This document shows positions 25,210 to 36,980 of a stretch of DNA of 64,000 bases, one piece after another. Source of the stretch: Malacoraja senta (lineage: Eukaryota). Position numbers and translations under genes: made by a program. Below the pieces are notes generated by a model. It worked only from the letters and a program-made list of their open reading frames with translations. It was not told the origin of the DNA and made no database searches. Position 1 is the first letter of the stretch. The number at the start of each line of letters is the position of its first letter. The stretch is taken from NCBI GenBank assembly GCA_038087875.1, contig CM075988.1, positions 25,670,001-25,734,000 on the forward strand. Reading direction: 5' to 3'.

Positions 25210-26502
25210 AGTTTGGTTTGCGAACAACTCCATCCAAGACCGCAAGAAATTGGAGCGAATTGTGGACGCAGCCCAGACCATCACACAAACCAACCTCCCT
25301 TCCATTGACTCCATTTACACTTCACGCTGCCTCGGCAAGGCCAGCAGCATAATCAAGGACCAGTCGCACCCTGGCCACTCCCTCTTCTCCCCTCTCCCAT
25401 CAGGCATATGATATAGAAGTGTGAAAACGCAAACCTCTGGATTCAAGGACAGTTTCTTCCCAGCTGTTATCAGGCAACTGAACCATCCTACCACAACCAG
25501 AGAGCATAGATACATAGATACATAGAAAATAGGTGCAGGAGTAGGCCATTCGGCCCTTCGAGCCTACACCGCCATTCAATATGATCATGGCTGATCATCC
25601 AACTCAGTATCCCGTACCTGCCTTCTCTCCATACCCCCTGATCCCTTTAGCCACAAGGGCCACATCTAACTCCCTCTTAAATATAGCCAATGAACTGGCC
25701 TCAACTACCCTCTGTGGCAGAGAGTTCCAGAGATTCACCACTCTCTGTGTGAAAACGTTTTTCCTCATCTCGGTCTTAAAGGATTTCCCCCTTATCCTTA
25801 AGCTGTGACCCCATTGTCCTGGACTTCCCCAACATCGGGAACAATCTTCCTGCATCTAGCCTGTCCAACCCCATAAGAATTTTGTACGTTTCTATAAGAT
25901 CCCCCCTCAATCTTCTAAATTCTAGCGAGTATAAGCCAAGTCTATCCAGTCTTTCTTCATATGAAAGTCCTGACATCCCAGGAATCAGTCTGGTGAACCT
26001 TCTCTACACTCCCTCTATGGCTATAATGTCCTTCCTCAGATTTGGAGACCAAAACTGTACGCAATACTCCAGGTGTGGTCTCACCAAGACCCTGTACAAC
26101 TGCAGTAGAACCTCCCTGCTCCTATACTCAAATCCTTTTGCTATGAAAGCTAACATACCATTCGCTTTCTTCACTGCCTGCTGCACCTGCATGCCTACTT
26201 TCAATGACTGGTGTACCATGACACCCAGGTCTCGCTGCATCTCCCCATTTCCTAATCGGCCACCATTTAGATAATGGTTCAGAGCGATCCTGAACTACCA
26301 TCTACCTCATCTACCCTTGGACTTTCTTTGATCAGACTTTGCTGGCTTTACCTTGCACTAAACCTTCCCTTCTCATGTATCAATATACTGTGAATGACTT
26401 CATTGTAATCATGTATTGTCTTTCCACTGGCTGGTTAGCACGCAACAAAAGATTGTCACTGTACCTCGCTACATGTGACAATAAACCAAACTAAACCAAA
26501 CT
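25210..26502 (+). mobile_element. Rex1/Babar-type LINE 3' part hosting a nested CR1
   Basis: Manual translation WFANNSIQDRKKLERIV...KASSIIKDQSHPGHSLFSPLPSG...FKDSFFPAVIRQLN. The 3' UTR resumes after 26280 with agagc repeated on both sides. Confidence 0.82.
25506..26275 (-). mobile_element. CR1/HER1-type LINE, 5' truncated
   Basis: QRDLGVMVHQSLKV...RPHLEYCVQFWSP, (tatctatg)n tail, small disruptions. Confidence 0.93.
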
Positions 26503-27164
26503 AATTTGTGATGTGTGTCTCCAAGCACCTTCCCATGGAGTCAGCAGGAGAAGATCGATCAGGACCTTGTCCTGTTAGCTAGTTTTCCACATTACTTTTT
26601 TCTTTTGAAAATATACATTATTCATGAAAATATAGATAGGAAACTTAGTTGAGTTTAGTTCAGTTTATTGTCACGTGTACAGAGGTAACACATGTTGTTA
26701 CATTCACTGTGCCATCAAACCAATGTGTGATCATCCAATACAGAAAGCCGCTCTTTAGACAATGGTCCCATGATGTGTTGCAGAGGCTGTTACAAGGGCC
26801 CAGCCCCTGGGTATCCAGTGGCCGTGGAGCCTGTTTGGTGACGGCATTGGTCTTCAATGCATTCTTCAAAGTAGCGGAGGGACAGAGAGACTGTTTCTAT
26901 GCTGTACGTACCGTGACAGTTGGATTGGACTTGGTACCCTGGGTCTGGATAGTGGTGGAGGGGGCTGGGTTCCTGCCTCCAGTGCTCTGGAAGGTGACGC
27001 TCCACCTCCAATGTGAGTGCTCCTCACCAACACAAAGCCCATTCCAAACTACCGCAGATAGACACAAAAAGCTGGAGTATCTCGGGCAGCATCTCAGGAG
27101 AGAAGGAATGGGTGACGTTTCGGGTCGAGACTCTCCTCTCCAACTTAATACCTGTTTGGCCAGA

Positions 27165-27318
27165 GTAGGTGATAGTTGCCAGGGGTGGTGTTGAAGAAGT
27201 GGGGGATTTGGTTAGCTCAATATTGGAGAGTTCACTGTCCAGGCCGTTGGGTTGGAAGCTACCCAAGCGGAATTTGAGCTGCTGTTCCCCCAGTTTGCGT
27301 GTGGCTTTCTTGATTTGC
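27165..27318 (-). mobile_element. Penelope-like GIY-YIG endonuclease C-terminal remnant
   Basis: ATRKLGEQQLKFRLGSFQPNGLDSELSN fits the recalled PLE R..E...I..L....P.G.N motif and matches 55941. Confidence 0.7.
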
Positions 27319-27407
27319 AACAGTCTTTGTTTCGATTCTCCTCTGGTATTTGTTACTGTACGAGTGAGTGTGTTGACCTTCTTTCCCCATCTGCCGCCTC
27401 CTCACAG

Positions 27408-27587
27408 GGACCACCACGTTTGGCAGCTCCGATTGTCCCTCGCAAGACATCAGTATTTACGGGCCGGGTATTGCCGCCCAACACTGCCACATCGAGAACC
27501 GGAATGAAGTTATAACCCTGCACCCACATGGCAACCCGTGTGCAGTCGATGGCGTCCATGTGATCCGGCCCACACGTCTGAGCCAAG
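27408..27587 (+). CDS. PHLDB1: PHLDB-family FHA-domain exon, (G)TTTFGSSDCPSQDISIYGPGIAAQHCHIENRNEVITLHPHGNPCAVDGVHVIRPTRLSQ(G)
   Basis: ctcctcacAG acceptor and AAG|GTAAGA donor, 180 nt, phase 1 to 1, in frame with the previous exon. Aligns by eye to recalled PHLDB1 DISLQGPGLAPEHCYIEN...IDG...PTRLTQG. Confidence 0.92.
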
Positions 27588-28361
27588 GTAAGAGAAACGT
27601 CGCAAAACATGGGACCTCCATGCATTTATACATGACATGAAACCTGCATCTGTAAAGTACTTCCAACAGAAGACATCCCAAAGAACGGGTCAACTTTTTA
27701 TTGTAAAAAGATAAAGGTTTTCTTACCAAAGATAGACGCAAAATGCTGGAGTAACTCAGCGGGACAGGCAGCATCTCTGGAGAGAAGGAATCGGTGACAT
27801 TTCGGGTCGAGAACCGTCTCAGCACCAATTCCTTCTCTTCAGAGATGCTGAGTTCTTAATCCAGCGTTTTGTGTCTATCTTCGGTTTAAACCAGCATCTG
27901 CAGTTCCTTCCGATACAAGATCTTACCATTCAGTCTTAGGATCTGAATCTTGTTGGAGAGGCAATGAATATTGCCCATGCAGAAACGTCTGCACAGGTGC
28001 GGTGAGCCACCACTGCTAGTGCCCCAGTTCTGCACTGGAGTTGGTCATTCACCCCCTTGGAGTGAGACTTGGAGCCAAACCCACTGCACTGGGCTTTGAA
28101 GGAGTGAAGGCCATTGGACCAGGGCTGCACGAGGAGGGGAGAGGTGGAGCAGGAGTGGGATTATGGTCAAGGTGTTTGTGGTATTCAGTTGGCTGAGTTG
28201 TACAATGAGTTATCCGTAGCTTGAGGAAAGCATTGAAGAAATACATGTTGTTCAACACTTTAAAAAAAAACTTGCTCAAAACCAAAACCAAACGCATCAA
28301 CTTTTCTCAGGCATATTAGTTTCCTCTATATTACACTGTCACTTAAATGATATTAGTCCAG

Positions 28362-28736
28362 AGAATCAAGAGTGTTTTATTGTCATCTGTCCCAGATAGA
28401 ACAATGACATTCTTACTTGCAGCAGCTCAACACAATATGTAAACAACGTACACTGTAAACAATATGATAAACGAGAAAATAACCGTTCAGTGACTCACAC
28501 GCACATGTACAGAATAAACAAACAAACAATAATAATAGTGCAATAATCACATTAATAGTCTATGCAGTTCAGAGCTTATTGGAGGTTGTAGTGTTTAATA
28601 TCCTGATGATTGTAGGGAAGAAGCTGTTCCTGAACCTGGACGTTACAGTTTTTGGGCTCCTGTACATTCTTCCTGATGGCAGGGGTGAGGTGAGAGCGTG
28701 GCCAGGGTGGTGTGGGTTTGTGATGATGCTGGCCGC
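28362..28736 (-). mobile_element. Rex1/Babar-type LINE 3' end
   Basis: AASIITNPHHPGHALTSPLPSGRMYRS...FRNSFFPT, same family as 54564-55606. Confidence 0.85.
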
Positions 28737-28757
28737 CATAGTGATGATGATGATAAC

Positions 28758-29157
28758 CAAAGATCCTATAGCGAGCTAGATAGTCCACTCGACGAAAAAG
28801 ACGTAGTACGGTCATGGGCAGATTCATGGGTCATTTTCGGCCCCATTTCCATAACCGGCTTCCGTCTCCGCACCAAAGATCCCATAGCGGAGCAAAGATA
28901 ACTAGTGCGGGGACGGAAGCCGGTTACGGAAACATCCTCGTAAAAATAAAAGTTATTTGGTAAAAATCTTCTCCTCATTTTCAGAATTTTAATTTATTAA
29001 CACAAACTGTTCCCCCGCAACGTTGATTACACTGCGGGTCGGGTCGGGTTACGGAAATGGACGAAAAAAAGGCCCACGTTCCGCTCCGTTGCGTACTACA
29101 CGTCAGCCCATTGCATTTAGCAGGAGTGGTCTATCTTGCTCCACTATAGGATCTTTG
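28758..29157. mobile_element. hAT MITE (long form, with internal TIR at 28874)
   Basis: caaagatcctatagcg...ctataggatctttg, imperfect 8-bp TSD atgataac/gtgataat; reverse orientation to 30445. Confidence 0.85.
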
Positions 29158-29410
29158 GTGATAATGATTCTAGATAATCTATGTGGCAATTAGTTATTTG
29201 TGTGATCAACTAGTTTATTCTGTCAGACAACGTGATAGAAGGGATTATCTTGCAAGTTCTTCAATTAGAGGAGTTTTTTTCTGACATTCACTCACGTACA
29301 TGCTTCCCTGCTCTGAAAACAACATTCTTCCATAGTTTTATTTTCATGCTAAAAATGGGGCTACTTTAAAAATTTGCATTGAAATGTAAACTCGGCAACT
29401 TTACACTGTT

Positions 29411-29637
29411 GGTAGACAAAAAATGCTGGAGAAACTCAGTGGGTGAGGCAGCATCCATGAAGAGAAGGAATCAGCGAAGTTTCATGTCGAGACCCTTCAG
29501 ACTTCAGTCTGAAGAAGGGTCTCGACCCGAAACGTCACCCATTCCTTCTCTCCGGAGATGCTGCCTGTCCCACTGAGTTACTCCAGCTTTTTGTGTCCAC
29601 CTTTGGGTTAAACCAGCATCTGCAGTTCCTTCCCACA
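29411..29637. mobile_element. Penelope-like foldback with intact hammerhead-like core (29509-29536)
   Basis: CTGAAGA-A-GGGTC-TC-GACCC-GAAA-CG-TC between inverted arms. Confidence 0.8.
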
Positions 29638-30444
29638 CACCACAAACGGGTAGTCTGATATCAAGTTGTTCAGTTCACTCAGTTTGATCCCATCGACCCA
29701 CATGAAGACCACATCCCTCCACTTCTTTCCTATCCCAGACTTGGCCCTGGAAAACGACTCTGATTATCCTTCTGTTCTGTAGTTTTTGCACAATCCGCAG
29801 GCATTGCCACTTTCATTTCACTGCACATCTTGTATGTGACAACTAAAGTTGACTTGACTTGACTTGAGGGAAACCGGAGCACCCGGAGAAAACCCACGCA
29901 GGTGACAGGGAGAACATACAAACTCCGTGCCAACAGTGCCTGTAGTCAGGATCGAACCCGGGTCTCTGGCACTGTGAGGCAACAACTACCACTGCACCAC
30001 CATGCCACAACATGGTGTCAGGTTGTTTCATAGCCTTTTGAGAGGATTTTGGCGACATGATTTGCCTAAATATGTCAGGTATGCACAGTCTGACCTCTAT
30101 TCATCAGCTATAATGCAGCTTGCGGTGGCCTGAAGCTGTGAAAGGTTCAGTATAAATGTAAGTTATTTTCTTTTTTTTCTTGAATAATTTCACATGAATC
30201 TCTTCTCACGGAAGAGGCATGTTCTTGATCAGAACCAGATGGTCTACTCTGGCTGCCAAATTAACCAAGCCGTCTTGGAATCACACCCTTTGTGTGACTG
30301 GCTCTGGAATGGTAATCACAGGAAATGCTTCAAGCACCTTAGATAAGAAACCTTTGTTAACAGTTCACATGGGGAAAGTCAGCCAATAATTTGTGCCACT
30401 GGGCTTCAGCTTTGAACCTGCCACGATACGGTCAGGGTGCAAAT

Positions 30445-30839
30445 CAAAGATCCTATAGCGGAGCAAGATAGACCGCTCCTGCTAAATGCAATGGGCTGAC
30501 GTGTAGTACGCAACGGAGCGGAACGTGGGCCTTTTTTTCATCCATTTCCGTAACCGGACCCGACCCGACCTGCAGTGTAATCAACGTTGCGGGGGAACAG
30601 TTTGTGTTAATAAATTAAAATTCTGAAAATGAGGAGAAGATTTTTCCCAAATAACCTTTATTTTTACGAGGATGTTTCCGTAACCGGCTTCCGTCTCCGC
30701 ACTAGTATCCTATGGAATCTTTGGTATGGAGACGGAAGCCGGTTACAGAAATGGGGCCTAAAATTACCCATGAATCTGCCCATGACCGTACTACGTATTT
30801 TTCGTCGAGTGGTCTAGCTTGCTCGCTATAGGATCTTTG
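30445..30839. mobile_element. hAT MITE (long form)
   Basis: 16-bp TIR caaagatcctatagcg / cgctataggatctttg, perfect TSD gtgcaaat. Confidence 0.9.
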
Positions 30840-31093
30840 GTGCAAATGGTAATCGGCAGGAGTGTCCAATCACCAATACTTTGCACTGACAGAGGATCAG
30901 GGCCGAATGGCCTACTCTTGCACATATTTTTCTATGTTTCTATTATATTGCAACCATACAATACACTGGTCAGACTACCCTTGGAGCATTGTATACAGTT
31001 CTGGTTGCCTCTCTAGCAGAAGGATGTGGTTGCTCTGACCTGAGTGTGGAGGGAACACACTGGGCACGTACCTGGGTTGGAGGATTTTGGTTA

Positions 31094-31438
31094 AGGGCCG
31101 GTCCCACTTTCCCGAGTTATTCACGAGTTCTCACGAGTTTTCAAACTCGCAGAATGTTCGTAACGAGTCCGTGGGAGTCCGTGGATATATCGTAGCGGCT
31201 CGTTATGCCAGCCGTAGGTACTCGGGGCTATTTTTTTATCAGGCTGGAAAAACCGTCCCGACTTACCTGATGCCCCGAGCACCTACGGCTGGCATAACGA
31301 GCCGCTACGATATATCCACGGACTCCTATGGCCTCCTACGGACTCGTTACGAACATTCTGCGAGTTTGAAAACTCTGGAGAATTCGTGAATAACTCGGGA
31401 GAATTTGTGAATAACTCGGGAAAGTGGGACCGGCCCCT
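31094..31438. mobile_element. Palindromic MITE, PIF/Harbinger-like, inserted in an old CR1
   Basis: agggccggtcccactttcccgagttattcac...gtgaataactcgggaaagtgggaccggcccc, TTA on both sides. Confidence 0.8.
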
Positions 31439-31754
31439 TTATGGGGAGAGATGGGGTCGGCTGGGTTCATTTTCCACAATGTGAAGGAGACTAAGGAATG
31501 AGCTGACAGAAGTGGAGTATTCTAAGAGGCCTGGGTAGAGTAGATAGAATCTTGTTCTCATGGCAAGGGTTTCTAAAATATGTTTAAGATGAGATAGGAA
31601 GTTTTAAAGGGTGTTTGAGGAGAAAGTTTTTTGATTACAGGAACAGGCTGCCAAAGGTGATAGTGGATCAGATGTCATCACTATGTTTAAGAAACATTTA
31701 GATAAGAAACTAAATAGGCAGGACATAGAAGGGTGCGATCCTAATGCAGGCTAG

Positions 31755-32069
31755 AGTTTAGTTTAGAGATGGTGTGGAAGCAGGCCCTTCGGCCCACCGG
31801 GTCTGCACCAACCAGCGATCCCTGCACATTAACACTATCCTACACACACTACACACAATTTACACTTACACCAAGCCAATTAACCTACAAATCTGTAGGT
31901 CTTTGAAGTGTGGGAGGAAGCCGAAGATCTCGGAGAAAACTCATGCAGGTCACAGGGAGAATGTACAAACTCCGTACAGACAGCACCCGTAGTTGGGATC
32001 GAACCCGGGTCTCTGGCGCTGCAAGCGCTGTAAGGCAGCAACTCTACCGCTGCGCCACCGTAACCGCCC
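31755..32069 (-). mobile_element. HE1-like V-SINE, full length
   Basis: Reverse complement of the SINE consensus seen in this window. Confidence 0.9.
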
Positions 32070-32619
32070 GGTGTGATTAGTGTAGATGGACCAAGTTGGT
32101 CCACATGGGTTTAGTGAGCAGAGGAACACGTTTCGGTGCGACACTATTCTAGAACTCCTAATGGCCAGCACAGATACAAGGCGTGAAATGGTCTTTTGCC
32201 GAGAACCGAACACCGATTCTATTAAATGTTACAAAGAGACTGAGAATCCTTGTACTTTGCCTGTCCACACATTGCTGATAGACTGGTAATCATTACTCCA
32301 GCTGCATTTACACTAGAAACCACGCTGTCGAACACTAACTTGAGTGAAGGGCCGTCTCCAACAAATATCCAGAGGGTCTGGTGTCCACATCTGGCATTGG
32401 TCTGCAATCTGCCCACCACATGCTCCAGCCTGCACTATGTATTTGTGTGTGTTACACAGTTTCACCTGTCCTGTTCCTCATAGCACTAAACTATCCCACA
32501 GCAGGCTTCAAACAAAGCCAACGTCTCTCCATAGATCCTGGGCCAACGTTTATCCCATAAATAACCCAACACTGAGACCAGTGAGAGCACGTCACCATCA
32601 CCCTGCTGTTTGAAGGGAC

Positions 32620-32921
32620 TTTAGTTTAGTTTACTTTACAGATACAGTGCAGAAACAGGCCCTTCGGCCCACCGAGTCCGCGCACACCTGCGATCCCCGC
32701 ACATTAACACGACACTAGGGACAATTTACACATAAACCAAGCAAATTAGTCTACAAACCTGCTCTTGGGAATGTGGGAGGAAACCAAAGATCTCGGAGAA
32801 AGCCCACGCAGTCACGGGGAAAATGTACAAACTCCGTACAGACAGCACCAGTAGTCGGGATCGAACCCGGGTCTCCGGCGCAGTAAGGCATCAACTCTAC
32901 CGCTGCGCCACCGTGCCGCCC
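32620..32921 (-). mobile_element. HE1-like V-SINE
   Basis: Same family; head, core and tail present. Confidence 0.9.
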
Positions 32922-33044
32922 CTTGCTGTGCATATATTGGCTGTCACGTTTCCCTACATTGCACCTCTCCATAGGATTGGCCATCAAACTGGACATCTTC
33001 AATGGCCATCTCACATTTCAGTTGGGCTTGTGGGGTCAAAGCAA

Positions 33045-33555
33045 CAAGTGGTGAGGCAGCACATGGAATATTGCCTACAGTTTAGATCGTGCCGCCATAG
33101 GAAAGGCATCATTAAGCTGGAACGAATGCGGAGATAATTTTCAAGGGTGTTGCCAGGTCTTGAGGCCCTGATTTATTGGGGGGAGGTTGAGCAGACTGAG
33201 ACAATTCTTTGGAGCATGGAAGACTGAGGGGTGACCTAATAGAGGTAAATGAGGTCACGAGGGCCATGGACAAGGTGAATGCACTCTGTCTTTTTCCCCA
33301 GAGAAGGGAATTCAAAAGCAAGAGGGAATGGGATGGAGCTGGGGAGGGGGAGGGGGGGGAGATTTCAAAGGGACCTGAGGGGCATCTCCTTCGTACAGAG
33401 CAAGCCACAAAAGAACGTAACAGATGCAGGTACAGTAACAACATTCAAAATACATTTGAACAGGTACATAGATAGGAAAGGTTTAGAGCAATAAGGGGCA
33501 AACACAGGCAAATGGAACTGGCCATCTTGGTTAGTTTGGACACGTTGGGCCAAAT
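33045..33555 (+). mobile_element. Old CR1 3' fragment
   Basis: VRQHMEYCLQF / RLRGDLIEV remnants with frameshifts. Confidence 0.75.
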
Positions 33556-33919
33556 GGATGATGCATGATGTATCACCCAATGGTTCCATGAGATGCTGCT
33601 GCTGCTGCTGCTTGGAGCAGTTGAGGAAACGTCATTGATGGATTTCAGTGGGGGCCTGATACATACCGCAGGAATGGTGAGCTCTGTTGAAAGGTTGGGA
33701 TGAGGCTTATGCAAAGCTTCAGCACTGGAATAAAGCAGCAGGGCCGAATGGCCTCTGTGTGTGCTTTGAATGATCTGATTTCTGTGCAGTGTTTAGTTTA
33801 GTTTCAAAGATGTGCAAGTTTGTAGGTAAATTGGCTTCTGTAAATTGTCCCGAGTGTGTCGGATAGAACTGGTGTCTGGGTGATCGCTGGTCTTCACGGA
33901 CTCGGTGGGCCAAAGTGCA

Positions 33920-34207
33920 GTGATACAGCATGGAAACAGGCCCTTTGGCCCACCGAGTCGGTGACGGCTAGTGATCGCCCGTGCACTAGTTCTATCCTAC
34001 ACACTCGGGACAATTTACAGAAGCCAATTTACCGGCAAACCTGTACATCTTTGAAATGGGGGAGGAAACCGGAGCTCCCGGAGAAAACCCACGCGGTCAC
34101 AGGGAGAACGTGCAACATCCGTACAGAGAGCGCCCATAGTCAGGATTGACCCCGGGTCTCTGGCGCTGTGAGGCAGCAACTCTACCGCTGCCCCACCGTG
34201 CCACCCC
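33920..34207 (-). mobile_element. HE1-like V-SINE, tail-to-tail with a + strand 3' half at about 33805-33912
   Basis: Same family; inverted neighbour seen directly. Confidence 0.85.
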
Positions 34208-35497
34208 CATACCCCAGTGATCGACGTGTAAGAAAGAACTCCAGATGCTGGTTCAAATCGAAGAAAGACACAAAATGCTGGAGTAACTCAGCGGGTGAGG
34301 CAGCATCTCTGGAGAGAAGGAATGGGTGACGTTTCGAATCACCCATTCCTTCTCTCCAGAGATGCTGCCTCACCCGCTGAGTTACTCCAGCATTTTGTGT
34401 CTATCTCCAGTGATTGATGACAGGAAGCCATTTATCACTCTTCCAACTTTCTCCCATCGCCCTCCTGCAACCGGTCTCAATAGACAATAGACAATGGACA
34501 ATAGGTGCAGGAGTAGGACATTCGGCCCTTTGAGCCAGCACCGCCATTCAATGTGTCCTGACCCGAAACGTCACCTATCCATGTTCTCCACAGATGCTGC
34601 CTGACCCGCTGAGTTACTCCAGCACTCTGTGAAAGGTCACCTATCCATGTTCTCCACAGATGCTGCCTGACCCGCTGAGTTACTCCAGCACACTGTGTCT
34701 TACCACTTTCTAAGACACTGCATGAGGAGTGAGGGTTTTGAGGATGAGGCGTGACATGGCTACAGCAATCCCATGGACCGTTACACCTGGGGGGAATATA
34801 GACTGCTTATGAAACTTAGAAATCAGAGCCAATAGTATTTGATGTTTTCAGGGCCAATGGTGCGTACAGTACATGCTTAACAAGTGTGAAGAGGGATCAC
34901 GGCCTGAAACGTCGCCTATTCTGTTTCTCCAGAGATGCTGCCTGACCCGTTGAGTTACTCCAGCTTTTTGTGTCTATCTTCGGTTTAAACCAGCATTTGC
35001 AGTTCCTTCCTGCACATTTTGTCTGCTTAAGTGAATGCTGTTTCCACCCCTCCAGCCTCCTCAGGGCCACAGTACTTTGCATGGTTTGCCTGCCCAAGGC
35101 CGGCTAATGGATTAGCAACAGCCCTGCTGGACTGTGATGTGACTCGTGTGTTGTCGTCACCTGTTACCCGGTGGCTCGGTGACAAGACTTGCAGATGGAG
35201 GCTGGAGTAGCTGGGAGACCAAGAGGCATCTCTGTGCCTGGGGGAGTAGGGGGAGTGGGTCTTTATATTTCTTCCCATCCAGGGCTGGAAACACCTGAGG
35301 CAAATCTAAGTCTTTGGAAAGCTTTAGGTCACTGCTTCCTGATCAGTTATCTCTGGCAGACTGCAGGAAGTAGTTTAGCATTTTGTTTTAAGGAAGTGCC
35401 ACCAGGTTGTGGGATGGGAGAGAGGAAAAGAGGATAATGGAACTGTTAACATTCCTGCACACAGTTACAGGCAAGCCCTGTCACTGATTATTCTCAT

Positions 35498-35789
35498 TTA
35501 GGTTTAGTTTGGAGATACAGCGCAGTAACAGGCCCTTCGGCCCACCAAGTCCGCGCCGACCAGCGATCCCCGCACATTAACACTGTCCTACACGCACTAG
35601 GGACAATTTACAATTATACCAAGCCAATTAGTCTACAAACCTGTACGTCTTTGGAGTGTGGGAGGAAACAGGAGATCCCACAGGTCACAGGGAGAGCGCA
35701 AAACTCTGTACAAACAGCACCCGTGGTCAGGATCGAACCCAGGCCTGTGGCGCTGTAGGGGGGTAACTCTACCGCTGCGCCATCGTGCC
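35498..35789 (-). mobile_element. HE1-like V-SINE
   Basis: Same family. Confidence 0.88.
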
Positions 35790-36074
35790 AGCAATTCTTG
35801 CTGAGGTTGTGTCAGATGTTCTTCAATAAAGAGTAACGTATGTAGGTGCTTCCTTCTTGTCCCAAGTTGCAGCCAACAAAATGGAGACACGGTAGTCATG
35901 TAGGATGCTGGTGCAGAGAACAATCCCACACACACACATGTGGCGGGTGTCTTTGTTGAACGTGGTGACTGAGGGATAGACATTGGCTGGGATATTGCGG
36001 TAAACTCTCCCGATGTCCATTGTGCTGCAGGAGTTTCTTCTTTACAACAAGTTGGGAGAATGACACGATACAAC

Positions 36075-36330
36075 TGTGTTTATCCCAGGAGGGAAACGGA
36101 TCTGCCGACAGTCATAAAACACAAAATACATAAAACATGAAATTCAAGTGATGAGTGGAAAGGATTGGGGATGGGCAAAGATTGGTGAGGGAGGGGAGTC
36201 GGTCTCCGTCTACCCCACGACAGAAGGGGGAGGAGTTGTACAGTTTGATAGCCACAGGGAAGAAGGATCTCCTGTGGCGTTCTGTGCTGCATCTTGGTGG
36301 AGATGGGACAAGTGGGGACTTGACACTCAA
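36075..36330 (-). mobile_element. Rex1-type LINE 3' end (different subfamily)
   Basis: PPRCSTERHRRSFFPVAIKLYNSS, typical Rex1 C-terminus from recall. Confidence 0.75.
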
Positions 36331-36351
36331 TCCAAAGTGACCGCAACTGAT

Positions 36352-36648
36352 TGGCACAGTGGCGCAGCGGGTAGAGCTACTGCCTCACAGCGCCAGAGAC
36401 CCCGGTTCAATCCTGACCTCGGGTGCTGCCTGTGTGGAGTTTGCATGTTCTCCCCTGTGACCGCGTGGGTTTCCTCCGGGTGCTCTGGTTTCCTCCCACA
36501 ATCCCCAAGGTGTGCAGCCTCTGTAACTTGCCCTCGAGTGTGTAGGCAATGGATGTGAAAGTGGGATAACATAGAACTCATATCAATGGGTGACCAATAG
36601 TCGACGTGGGCTGAAGGGCCTGTTCACTGCTCTATCTCTAAAGTAAAC
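36352..36648 (+). mobile_element. HE1-like V-SINE variant
   Basis: A/B boxes and core, with a distinct 3' segment shared with 62785-63105. Confidence 0.85.
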
Positions 36649-36980
36649 AAGACCTCCAACTGTGTAAAACATCTTCGGTACTGCATGGAAAGGCTAGACT
36701 TTGTCCCTGAAATAGAACATGAACCACAATGATCCCACTCAGAGTGTGACCGACCGCCTACAGTGGCCTTATTGTCTAAAGAAACCAACGAGTTTAAACT
36801 GTATTTCTCGGTGTCTATAACTAAATCAACTGAAACCACAAAGTATTCCCAGTCTTTCTAAACATTAAAAATACAACACCCTTACAGTGTAGAATCCATC
36901 GCAGATTTCCCCGTGTGTGAATGTTTGGGATTCCCAGCAATCTCTTTCTCTATGTGGATTCCAGAGCTGGGCAACCACCA

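Noticed and set aside
26649..27194. 181-aa ORF near the FHA exon
   Set aside because: Begins and ends in repeats. The middle (about 26700-27020) is unrecognised, possibly a decayed LINE, with no convincing splice sites or homology.
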